Shown: one piece after another, positions 1 through 9,801 of the stretch
How the letters are laid out: each line of letters opens with the position of its first letter
How positions within the stretch are numbered: position 1 is the stretch's first letter
From: Naegleria gruberi
Lineage: Eukaryota
DNA length: 64,000 nt
Strand: one strand, 5' to 3'
NCBI GenBank assembly: GCA_000004985.1
Contig: GG738854.1
Made by a program: the position numbers and the translations under genes
Notes under the pieces: generated by a model
Databases searched by the model: none
Seen by the model: the letters and a program-made list of their open reading frames with translations, nothing else
What the model was told of the DNA's origin: nothing

Positions 1-252
1 AAGTTAGAATCAGACATGGTAGATGAGCATTGTGAATCTCTTCTTCTACTCATGGCATCCTCAGAAGGAAGTGGCGAATCAGTGCTCTTTGGACTCGATT
101 TTACAAAAAAGTAAATTAACATGTACAAGACACCTCCAATGCCATCATAGATTGTGAAATCATCAATGGTTAGTTTTTTACAAGTTCCAAATACTTGAAT
201 ATCCTTCTTGACGAGTGTGAGAGGTTCCTCAATTTGTGTTTTGATAATAATT

Positions 253-648
253 TCAATCCATGATCGTAAACTTGATCGGAAAGTTCCCTTCAGAGAGGCT
301 ATTATTTGTAACATGACAACCTTGGTAGATACATTTTGTTCTTTTGCTTCCTTTTTCAATGAATAGTTGATGCAATGGATTTAAATCACATCTCTCCAAT
401 AAATTCTGACAATCTGCCAAGTTAGTATAACCACCATGATTTGTATGTGGTGAAGATGATGAAGTATGACTTGTTGTTGATGAAGTGAAGGATCCCATCT
501 TTTGCAAGTGAGGATGCGGAGGAAGATTATTTAATAATCCACCACTACTCTGTGAATGATGTGAAGTAGATGAAGATTGAAGAGGTGGTGGAGAATGAGA
601 GCGTTGCTGTTTCATTGTGTTGTTAATTTTTTTTTTTAAATTATTCAT
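253..648 (-). CDS. Ser/Thr/His-rich hypothetical protein; may be only one exon of a gene that continues to the window edge
   Basis: 131-aa ORF with low-complexity S/T/H/P composition. The reverse strand of 1..250 also has an open frame (…IEEPLTLVKKDIQVFGTCKKLTIDDFTIYDGIGGVLY…), so more exons are possible. No recognisable domain. Confidence 0.25.
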   Translation of the reverse strand: MNNLKKKINNTMKQQRSHSPPPLQSSSTSHHSQSSGGLLNNLPPHPHLQKMGSFTSSTTSHTSSSSPHTNHGGYTNLADCQNLLERCDLNPLHQLFIEKGSKRTKCIYQGCHVTNNSLSEGNFPIKFTIMD

Positions 649-1554
649 TGGAATTTTAATTTGTTAATAATAATGTGATGATTAAGAGGAGATTTTGTTC
701 AGATTTAATTAAAGGCATGATTAATACTTAATGGGGCCTTTTAATTTTTTTGCTTTTGAGACAAGTTCATGGATGAGTTTTAGTTCATTTCTATTTACTT
801 TTAAGGCTGGTTGTTGTTATTGATTATTACGTAATATTAATTAAATATAATATCTTTCATGGATTACAATATTAATTAATTATTAATTATTATTAAATTT
901 AAATAATAATATTAAATTTTTTAAATTCGGAGGAACATGAATGTTAGGAGTCTGTCCAAGAGTTTCATTACCATCCATCATTCCAAACTAGTACCATATC
1001 GATCGTATCCAGTAAAAAACAAGTTAGCAACAATCTCCCACCTATTTCGAACCAGTCATAACAAATTATTCTAAGATAAAAAAACAAGTTGTTATTGTTC
1101 CGATTGCATTGCATCATTTCATCGTAATCAGATAATACAAATCTTCATAACGATTCGTTTTTTTAAAGCAAAAAATTTTTTCTTCATCTTTTGGCTTGCT
1201 TGAAACTCTAATCGCCTCTCGATCAATTTCCTCTCAGCAGCAACACTACTTTTTGAAGAGACATCGAGTGAAGGAGGATTTCATCACACACACGAGAGGA
1301 AAATATTGTGGATTTTTCTTCTTTGTAAATATAGATTTGTAAATTACTATCACCATCATCAAATTAATTTATTTATTTGTATTAATTATTGTTAATCATT
1401 TGATATTTAATACAATAGCAACACCAACAAAAAACAATACAATCGATTAGAATATCGGATTAGTTAGATAAATATATTTTAAAACTATTTAATTTATTAC
1501 ATCAATCATCATACTACGAGGAATTATTTAATATTTAAAAATACAATCATAATA

Positions 1555-4500
1555 ATGGAGCCATCACTATCAGAAAACACAACTACAAGTGACATTTCTG
1601 ATGTTTCCACTACAAATCATGACAATAACAACAATAATTCAACAATAACAACATCTTTATCAGAAAGCCAAGTTGATACTAGCACTACTAGTACTACATT
1701 GAATACTTCTTCCGAGGATCCATCATCAAGTAATGATCAAAATATTAATCCATCGAAAAGTACTACCACAACATCAGACGAAACCACATCATCTACTACC
1801 ACTGCTTCCACTACTACAGATGGCTCAGATGGATCAACCAATAATGTAGAGGATCCTACTTCTTCCATATCTTCAGATTCCCAGAAACAACTCATAAGAA
1901 GTGCAAGTATCAATAGACCAAGAAAGGCCCTTCCTCGACCAAGTCATCATGCTCCTTCTCACAGTTCTATTGATTTTAGTTTTGAAAGTTCGACCATTCA
2001 ACAGGCTTTGGAGAAGAATTCACCTTTTGTTATTGATTCTCATGCATCACCAAATACAAATGTTCAAATAACAGCCACCTCTGATAGTCCTACTGCAACC
2101 ACCACAACATTAACATCATCAGCATCAGGTAATCATTTAACCTCCTCCAATATGACGACCACCACTCAACAACGAAGAATGAGCCACAAGAGATCATCCT
2201 CCGATGTATCTGGACTCTTTGGTAATTCTGCTCTTGTCTCCAACTCTACTACAGCATCAGCTACTGTTTCACCAGTAACTCCCGAAAAACACGACTCTTC
2301 AGCTCCAAGAAAAAAGTTTACACTCTTTGGATTTTCATTTGGTGGTAAGAGTTCGTCCAATCTTCACTCGATGGCTCCAACCATACCTTCCAATAGTACA
2401 ACACCAACATTAGCAAGCTCTCCGATTACATCTTCGTCGACCAATAATTTACCAATAACACCAGTCGCTGAGAGAGGACTCTCCTCATTGACTTCAACAA
2501 CAACAAATACAACAATTGATCAATGTGTAACTCCAACATCATCTTCACTATCATCTGAGGATTCATCAGAAATTATGAGAAAAAAGAGAGCCTCTGATGA
2601 TGTTTCACACGAAGTGTTGAAATATTTAAGTGATAAACCACCAAATCGTGTAACTACTACAAATTCAAGTAGTGATGAGGAAACAATGAAAAAGAGACAA
2701 GCCATGCACATGTCCCAACCTATTGGAACCTTAGGAATACCAGAGGATTCAAATGTTGCTGGAGAAAGAGGTTCTAGGCGAGAAATTGATTTGATAAATT
2801 TCCTTGGTGAAATGAATTTAAATCAATCTCATGGAGCATTTGATGATAACAATTCAACAGGAAGAAGCGTACTCGATGATATTAGAGTAGCAACAACACC
2901 CGAATCTAGAGAACAAACAACATATGGATTTAAATCCTTTTTGGACAAGGTAAAAAACAAGGCAATTTTTGCAAGAGGAGTTGGAAGTCCAGCAGAGGAA
3001 GCAACAACACCAAGCTCTCTCTCTACAACAGATGCAAGAACAGAGGATGATGCCAAATCTGACACTACAACCACTACTTCCAAGACACCTAAGAAATTAT
3101 CGGAGAAGGAATTGAGAAAAATCAAATTAATGCAAAGAGAAGCAAATCAAAAAGAAATGATGGATGGAATTTTGGATAAAATCAGCAAGAATGGAGAATC
3201 ATTTGCCCATCTAACATTCTTTGATGAAAATGATCAAGAATGGCAATACATTGGATACATTCAAAAGTATGATTCATCCATGACTGATGATGAATTGTAC
3301 ATGATGTATGCCTTGCTCGGAGTTGGAGGTGCAGAAGAAGGAACTACACCAAAAGCTAAGGAAAAGGACGTCAAGGATTTCACAGGTGGAATTTTTGGAG
3401 ATGCCTGTGTTTGTCCAGTTCTCTCAAGACTATGTGGTAGAGGTGAATTGAAATATCCAAATGGTGCTGTCTATGAAGGTGATATTATTAGAGGAAAGAG
3501 ACACGGTTTTGGTAAAATGATTTTCCCATACAAGAATACCTTACCACCTCCAACTGGTAAAAAGGCCAACAATACTGAGCAAGCACCACCAACAGCCATT
3601 GCTATTGGTCAATGGATTTTGAATAACCCTAGTGAAGCCATTCCTTTCAAGGTCACCTACTCTAATGAGCTTGAATATTGGGGAACTTTCAGAGCTAAAA
3701 GCAAGTTTAATTCTGCCTATGTAATTTCGGTTGGAGATTTGGAAAAACACAAGGAAGGTGAATTGTATCACGTTCAGGAAAATAAGAAATACTTTGGTGG
3801 ATTTTCTGAAGATCTGAAAGATGGTTTTGGAGTGGAAGTAATGGGTAATGGTGAAAGATATTATGGTGGCTGGAAGAATGGTTTATATCATCATATGGGA
3901 ACTTATCAATATATTGATGGTTCATATTTCCAAGGAGAATTCAAGAGAGGTACTAGAAAAGGAAAAGGTAAACTTTACCTTGCCACAGGTGACGTTATTG
4001 AAGGAACTTGGAGTGGAGACAAGATTGAAAGTGCTGTTTTCAAGAAGGGAAATTGTAAAAATGTAGAACTTACCCATCTTTTCCAATTGAGAACGCAAGT
4101 GAATGATGCAATCAAACTTTTCCAAAATGTTGGTCATATGGATGATAGCAATTATCTCCAATTTTTGAGAATGACCAAGAAGGAATGCATTGAAAGACCA
4201 GAATTGGAATTAAAGTGGAAATACTACTCTCTCATGAGTAAGGAAACTTGGAGAAAGGAAAAGACAAATCTTTTAGAATACTACTCCAAGAATGGAGACA
4301 AGTGTAATTTATTGGATAAGGTCGTTTTCAAGAATGAAGTCATCAAATTGTTGGGCGAGACTATCAAGACAGAATATATCTCACCACAAGCAAGCTTTGT
4401 CAAGGGATTTATTGAATTCTTCGATGGCCTCTATCATGGAAGCTACTATGCCGGTAATAATAGAAATCAATCATCTGGTGCACGTAAAGTTGCCAGAAAA

Positions 4501-6024
4501 GACGGTGTTCTCCTCTACAATGCCATTGATGACTTGAAGAGTTTTATCATCTTTTTGTGTGATCAAGTGGTTTGGGAATTTTTCGGTAATGAAATTATTT
4601 CAGCCAAGTTAGGAAGTATGGGTGGATCAGATAACAACTTGGACCAACAAGATGGACAATACGATGACTATGATGATGAAATCATTTTTGGAACTTCTGT
4701 ACCTGCCACTACTGATATTACTAAGAGTCATTTCATAACCGTTCAACAAGCTTACAACTTTTGTAAGACCATTATTGCCGATCACTTGCACAAGAAACTC
4801 TACTCTACAACATTTGAATTGTACGAATATCATTTCAGAGATCAAGATTTAATGATCAATCAAAAGATTAATTCCATCTTGACCACATGTAGCTTGCAAA
4901 ACTTTGGTGTTCACTCTGATTTTATTCCAAAAGATACTTCAGTTAAACCTTATAATGAATGTATTCAATTGATGAAGGAAATTAAATTTTCCAACTCTGT
5001 CGAATCCAAGATTCGTGTCTTATCCAAATTGAGAACACTTGTTATGCAATCCATGAGAAAAGTCAAAGTTGAAAGCAAACAGTTAAAGAAACGTTTATCT
5101 GGCGAATTTGATTATGAAAATGTGGAAAGTGATGACTGGCAACCAGGTGCAGATGATGTAACTTCTCTCTACACTTACTCTTTCATCAAGACCAATATTG
5201 GAAATTATACAGCTTTATTTAATTATGTGAATGATTGGAAATCACCACATACTAGCTTAAAGCCAGTCTCCCATGTTATTTCATTCTTTGAAGGATTCCT
5301 TGCCTACATTATGGACTTGGATCCAAATCTTACTGTAAAACAAAGCGAGTTGGGTGAAAGTATGGGAGATGCTTCAGAGGATAGTTATGTATACATTTCA
5401 AAATATGGTCTGACTAAGCAATTAGAACGAGCTATTGAATTGGCGATCTTTAGAAATCAAAGTAAGAAGGAAAAGATTGAACGTCAAATGCAAAAACCAA
5501 ACTTGGAGCCAGAAGAAATGAAGGACCTTACACATCAACAAAAAGAATTGCAATTGATCAGCTTTTCATGGGTTTCACCTCTCCTTTTATTCGTTTCCTT
5601 ACAGGTCGGTCACATTCAGCTTCAAGTAAACAAGAAAGCTGAGACTACACAATCAGAAACATCTAAAGCTCTATCTATTGAGGTTGTAGAAACAACTCAT
5701 CAAAATATGATTGTTCCAATGGTTGACGGAAGTGGAAATATGCTCAATTTAGCCCAAGCTCTCATGAAGTATCATCCCTTGGTCCAGAGCGTTCTCGATT
5801 CTGCCAAACTTGGATTTAATATTGCTTTGAAATCGGATAAGAAGGAAGGAGTGCAATCTACAACAACAACTGATGAGAAAGCCCAACATCATCAAGATAG
5901 AATTGTTATAGAGTTTGATAAGGAACCATTCCCAAGTTATGTCTATAGTGAGCTTTCTCTTGAAATTGCCAAATTCATCAAATTTGAACTAGAAAATTCT
6001 GACAGTCTTCAATACAAGATTTAA
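1555..6024 (+). CDS. MORN-repeat + VPS9-domain protein (ALS2CL/alsin-like putative Rab5-family GEF) with a ~400-aa Ser/Thr-rich N-terminal region
   Basis: 1489-aa uninterrupted ORF. Central MORN repeats of the Y-x-G-x-W-x-x-G-x-x-H-G-x-G type (YEGDIIRGKRHGFGKMIF; YFGGFSEDLKDGFGVEV; YYGGWKNGLYHHMGTYQYIDGSYFQGEFKRGTRKGKGKLY). C-terminal VPS9 core motif GADDVTSLYTYSFIKTNIGNYTALFNYVNDW, compared with GADDFLPVLIYVLIKANP in Rabex-5/alsin. The first ~400 aa are S/T/N low complexity. Confidence 0.65.
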   Translation: MEPSLSENTTTSDISDVSTTNHDNNNNNSTITTSLSESQVDTSTTSTTLNTSSEDPSSSNDQNINPSKSTTTTSDETTSSTTTASTTTDGSDGSTNNVEDPTSSISSDSQKQLIRSASINRPRKALPRPSHHAPSHSSIDFSFESSTIQQALEKNSPFVIDSHASPNTNVQITATSDSPTATTTTLTSSASGNHLTSSNMTTTTQQRRMSHKRSSSDVSGLFGNSALVSNSTTASATVSPVTPEKHDSSAPRKKFTLFGFSFGGKSSSNLHSMAPTIPSNSTTPTLASSPITSSSTNNLPITPVAERGLSSLTSTTTNTTIDQCVTPTSSSLSSEDSSEIMRKKRASDDVSHEVLKYLSDKPPNRVTTTNSSSDEETMKKRQAMHMSQPIGTLGIPEDSNVAGERGSRREIDLINFLGEMNLNQSHGAFDDNNSTGRSVLDDIRVATTPESREQTTYGFKSFLDKVKNKAIFARGVGSPAEEATTPSSLSTTDARTEDDAKSDTTTTTSKTPKKLSEKELRKIKLMQREANQKEMMDGILDKISKNGESFAHLTFFDENDQEWQYIGYIQKYDSSMTDDELYMMYALLGVGGAEEGTTPKAKEKDVKDFTGGIFGDACVCPVLSRLCGRGELKYPNGAVYEGDIIRGKRHGFGKMIFPYKNTLPPPTGKKANNTEQAPPTAIAIGQWILNNPSEAIPFKVTYSNELEYWGTFRAKSKFNSAYVISVGDLEKHKEGELYHVQENKKYFGGFSEDLKDGFGVEVMGNGERYYGGWKNGLYHHMGTYQYIDGSYFQGEFKRGTRKGKGKLYLATGDVIEGTWSGDKIESAVFKKGNCKNVELTHLFQLRTQVNDAIKLFQNVGHMDDSNYLQFLRMTKKECIERPELELKWKYYSLMSKETWRKEKTNLLEYYSKNGDKCNLLDKVVFKNEVIKLLGETIKTEYISPQASFVKGFIEFFDGLYHGSYYAGNNRNQSSGARKVARKDGVLLYNAIDDLKSFIIFLCDQVVWEFFGNEIISAKLGSMGGSDNNLDQQDGQYDDYDDEIIFGTSVPATTDITKSHFITVQQAYNFCKTIIADHLHKKLYSTTFELYEYHFRDQDLMINQKINSILTTCSLQNFGVHSDFIPKDTSVKPYNECIQLMKEIKFSNSVESKIRVLSKLRTLVMQSMRKVKVESKQLKKRLSGEFDYENVESDDWQPGADDVTSLYTYSFIKTNIGNYTALFNYVNDWKSPHTSLKPVSHVISFFEGFLAYIMDLDPNLTVKQSELGESMGDASEDSYVYISKYGLTKQLERAIELAIFRNQSKKEKIERQMQKPNLEPEEMKDLTHQQKELQLISFSWVSPLLLFVSLQVGHIQLQVNKKAETTQSETSKALSIEVVETTHQNMIVPMVDGSGNMLNLAQALMKYHPLVQSVLDSAKLGFNIALKSDKKEGVQSTTTTDEKAQHHQDRIVIEFDKEPFPSYVYSELSLEIAKFIKFELENSDSLQYKI

Positions 6025-6056
6025 ACTTTTTCACATAATTATTTTGTAATATTTAT

Positions 6057-8540
6057 TTAAATATCGAGAGGAAGAGCCCTCACATCTCCAACATTTGTAA
6101 ATGCAGCATACGAGCAATCAAACGAAGAATAATAACTCGATAAGATTATAGGTATCGAATTCTCCTCCATCTTTGAAATATTCAAACATGGTTGCAAGAT
6201 TGAAATCAATCTCTCCGTTGTTATATCCTCTGGATGCCTCACTAAATAATTTTGGAAAACTCCCAATACGTGATCAATCTCCTTTTTGATTTCAGATTGT
6301 GAAATTCCATTCCAGAAATCAGCAGAAAAGACATCAAATGCCTTGTAATACTCTGCAAATGCATTGTTCTTCTTTGAATTTTCCAATTCATAAAGCCATT
6401 CATCATTGTCGGTATTCTTTTCACCAAAAACTTCATAAATTGTTTCAATACTTGAATTATTCATTTCCTTCTTAATCTTGTCAATTGGTTTCAAAATGAA
6501 TTTTCTGGCAATATCTGCTTGTAAACTTTCACAACAAGATGTATCAATTAGCACATTTACATTGAATGAATCTGCCAATATGCACAATTTTTCAGAGTCA
6601 ACCACACATGCACCAACAATCGTATAGTACCTTGAAGTTTTAGTTCCCAAGTTTCCAACCCTAGCTTTCGAACAACTGACACCAATTCTAGGGTAGAAAT
6701 CAGGTCCAACCTGATTGATAGCCTTTGCAAGTTTGAAAGCCAGCTCAACACTCTTTTCAATCAGCTTATCTTGCTCTCCTGGAGAATTAGCCGAAAGTGC
6801 CAATTGTAAAGCAAACTTTGGAAGAACTTGCAAATTAGCTTTGTATACTTTTGTAATCGGTCCAATAGCATTCATAATCTTTTTAAAACCATTCTCAATA
6901 TCACTTGGCTGTTCCATTGAGAAGAAACCCTTCAATTGACAAGTGATTACAACAGTTTGCTTGACAGATAATCCCATTTGGAATAGTGAGCCACCTCCCT
7001 TCTTGGAAGAATGAATTCTCGATTCCAAATCTGCGTGGCTAACTCCATCATTAGTTGTGCCCATGGAATGTTTCGATTCAGCAAAGGATTCATTCTTCTT
7101 GATATTGACAGATCCAAATTCCATCTCAATTGTTTGTGAGTTGATTAATTGTTCAAAAACGTGTTCTGGGATGAAAGATTTAATTTCCTTCAGCCATTGA
7201 ACAGTTGTTTTCAAATTTCCAAAAATGGAATTAATTTCCTTGAAAACTGAATTACCAATATTGACAGTGTCAAGATCAAGGACCTTAATAAGCTCAAATT
7301 GACGTTCTAAAGCTTTCATTGGTTTGGAAACTATAAATCCAATGATAAAACTGACAATGACACCAATAATCATGACAGTGACAGCCACACCAACACTAAT
7401 GCCAGTTGTCATTGTCAAGGATGCAATCACTTCTTCTTGATAAACAACGAAATAGACATTCCATTTCAAATTATCAATCTTGTAAGTGTAATGAGATATG
7501 ATATAACCTATTCCATTAACTGTTTCAGTAATTCTTTTTGGTAATTCATTCAAATCACCATATTTTACACTAATTTCTTTCATTAATTGCCCAGCATCTC
7601 TTTCTGTCAAATTATAAATATGTAAATTAGTATTTCCGTCAGGTGTCAAAGTATTAATTGACCCACCAACTAGAATTCCATTTTGCTGAGAAACCAAACA
7701 AAACCCTTTACCAATCAACACAATCTTACTCAAGAAATCAACAATATTCTGCAGTGAAATGTTTACTCTTGTCACTCCTGTCACCACTTTCTTACCTGTC
7801 TTGTACTGAACTGGATCATACAACTTTGAGGAGTGATAAATGGCCATACTTGATCCATAAGGTTTATAAGCATTGCCATAAACACCTTCAATGCCCAATT
7901 GAGTAGATAATATTATGGTCGAATTGTAATAATCTTGATCTAGGGTATAAAACGGAGTTAAATCCACAGTTGAGTTATATTTGGTTACAACTCCAGTTGT
8001 TACATTTATGGTATCACGCAAAGTTCCGATAAATCCAGGAGGTTGATAGGAATAAACTGGATAGGTTTTGTTTCCAGAACCTGCAGTAGAATAGGTGTAT
8101 TTAGTAGAAGGAGGACCAGCAAAGAAATATCCGCAACTAGAAGTTTTGAATTCTGCAAATTTGGGAAACAGATAAGTTCTAAAATTGGAAGTAGTAGCAA
8201 TTCCATTGTTGTAATCATAGGCAATGGATTTGGAGAGTTTTCCAAGGGGATCCATAAAGGTATTGAGATAGGAAGTGATTTTTTCTCCATTGACATCTAT
8301 CAAGTCATTTGACAGACCCTCAATCACTTGCTTTGTTACAGTGAATGAAGCAATCCAGATACAAAAGCAACTCATGATAAGAAGTATGGATACTACAGAA
8401 ATGATAAATAGATTAATTGGAATTCTTCCACCACACACTCGATAGAAAGTTGAAACATTTTCTTCAGGATTTTTTGAAGTGTCGTTTGACATTACTTCTT
8501 CCATGTCATCGTGGGTTACAGGGACAATTACTTGGACCAT
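6057..8540 (-). CDS. Receptor-type membrane protein: extracellular sensor domain, TM, HAMP-like linker, degenerate class III nucleotidyl-cyclase homology domain (likely pseudo-cyclase)
   Basis: 827 aa. N-terminal TM (LFIISVVSILLIMSCFCIWIASF), ~330-aa extracellular region, second TM (ISVGVAVTVMIIGVIVSFIIGFIVS). The cyclase-like core is …VVITCQLKGFFSM…RIGVSCSKARVGNLGTKTSRYYTIVGACVVDSEKLCILADSFNVNVLID… It aligns to the canonical LFADIVGFT…RIGIHTGPVVAGVIG…WGDTVNxASRMES, but the metal-binding Asp residues and the Asn/Arg of the NxxxR motif are substituted. Confidence 0.55.
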   Translation of the reverse strand: MVQVIVPVTHDDMEEVMSNDTSKNPEENVSTFYRVCGGRIPINLFIISVVSILLIMSCFCIWIASFTVTKQVIEGLSNDLIDVNGEKITSYLNTFMDPLGKLSKSIAYDYNNGIATTSNFRTYLFPKFAEFKTSSCGYFFAGPPSTKYTYSTAGSGNKTYPVYSYQPPGFIGTLRDTINVTTGVVTKYNSTVDLTPFYTLDQDYYNSTIILSTQLGIEGVYGNAYKPYGSSMAIYHSSKLYDPVQYKTGKKVVTGVTRVNISLQNIVDFLSKIVLIGKGFCLVSQQNGILVGGSINTLTPDGNTNLHIYNLTERDAGQLMKEISVKYGDLNELPKRITETVNGIGYIISHYTYKIDNLKWNVYFVVYQEEVIASLTMTTGISVGVAVTVMIIGVIVSFIIGFIVSKPMKALERQFELIKVLDLDTVNIGNSVFKEINSIFGNLKTTVQWLKEIKSFIPEHVFEQLINSQTIEMEFGSVNIKKNESFAESKHSMGTTNDGVSHADLESRIHSSKKGGGSLFQMGLSVKQTVVITCQLKGFFSMEQPSDIENGFKKIMNAIGPITKVYKANLQVLPKFALQLALSANSPGEQDKLIEKSVELAFKLAKAINQVGPDFYPRIGVSCSKARVGNLGTKTSRYYTIVGACVVDSEKLCILADSFNVNVLIDTSCCESLQADIARKFILKPIDKIKKEMNNSSIETIYEVFGEKNTDNDEWLYELENSKKNNAFAEYYKAFDVFSADFWNGISQSEIKKEIDHVLGVFQNYLVRHPEDITTERLISILQPCLNISKMEENSIPIILSSYYSSFDCSYAAFTNVGDVRALPLDI

Positions 8541-8841
8541 TTTTTTTAAGTTGTTTTGATTCTGGTAATGTCAGTTGCCGTCGAATATAGTTGTAAGAAT
8601 TAGAGATGAATTTTGACACCTAGTGACATTATTCGATAACTTTGACTGAACCAATTGAATAAGAGATTGTTTTCTTTCAAAGCCCATTTTTTCTTAAAAT
8701 ACTCTCTAATATGAAAAAATCTCCTCCTTTCAAACAACTTGTAAATAATGATTTTTGTTCAGTTGACCATAATAGTAGAACTTAATCCACTTTTTAGGAC
8801 AAAAAATTAATTTCATTAGAGATTAACCCATTGAATCTCCA

Positions 8842-8859
8842 AGTCTCAGCGCTGAGACT
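8842..8859. repeat. Perfect 18-bp GC-rich palindrome AGTCTCAGCGCTGAGACT in AT-rich intergenic DNA
   Basis: The sequence equals its own reverse complement. It lies in the 1.2-kb divergent intergenic region between the 6057..8540(-) and 9802..12024(+) genes. Confidence 0.6.
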
Positions 8860-9801
8860 CAAATTTTACGTCCAGCAGTTTTACATTTCTAGATTTTTGT
8901 TGAAATTGGTGAGGTTTTCAAACTTAATCTCTGATTAATTGAACACCCTAAGGAAATTGTAATTTCAAAATAGGTTTGGCTAGATTCTGGAGGAATGGTT
9001 TCCAATGATGTATCATAATTGAAAGGAATCTCTTTTACATTCATTTTGGAACCATTATCTGATAAATATTGTGAATGAGATTCATAGGAGTAATTGTTCA
9101 AACATCAATTAAACACCAACATCAATCTGTAGCAGTGATTGGAATTTACTAATATTAACACGAAAAGGAATAAGGAATAATATTCCAATACATTTTCTAT
9201 ATCATCTATTGATCAATTTGTAGCAGATTCTGCTGCGTATCTTTCATAGAAGGCTTGATGATAACAACCATCATCATACAACAAGACCTTATTGGTTGAG
9301 GCAACATTTTGTTGCGTTTCGGAATTTCTTGTTTGTTGCCTCACAGATGTAAGCAAACAAGCAAGCAATCAAAAGAGAATCCTCAATCGTGTATGCTTGA
9401 TGGAAGCTTGCCAAATTTCCATGAATATTCAATTCAGGTTACGATTTTGTTTGACCTCGTCTACCAAGATCGCCAGCTACTGGCCTTATCAAAAAAAAAA
9501 CGCTCAGAATGTACCTCAACGCCTGAGTACACAATACACCAGCGCAAAACCACCCAACATACACTTCACGACGTCAAACGAAAAAGGCACAATCGAAAAT
9601 ACATTTTAGTGGCTTGGCGCCAATTGCAGCAATATTTGTGTGCACAACAACGTTCCAAACAGAGAGATTGCCTGCTGTGTGGTTGTTCGATTACAAGAGC
9701 TTTTTCAAACTCTAGAAAAAACTTCACTTTCGCCTCTCAACAATACAATGATAACAATTTGGTGATAAAGAACTTGACCGAAAAGAAACCACAACAACAA
9801 T

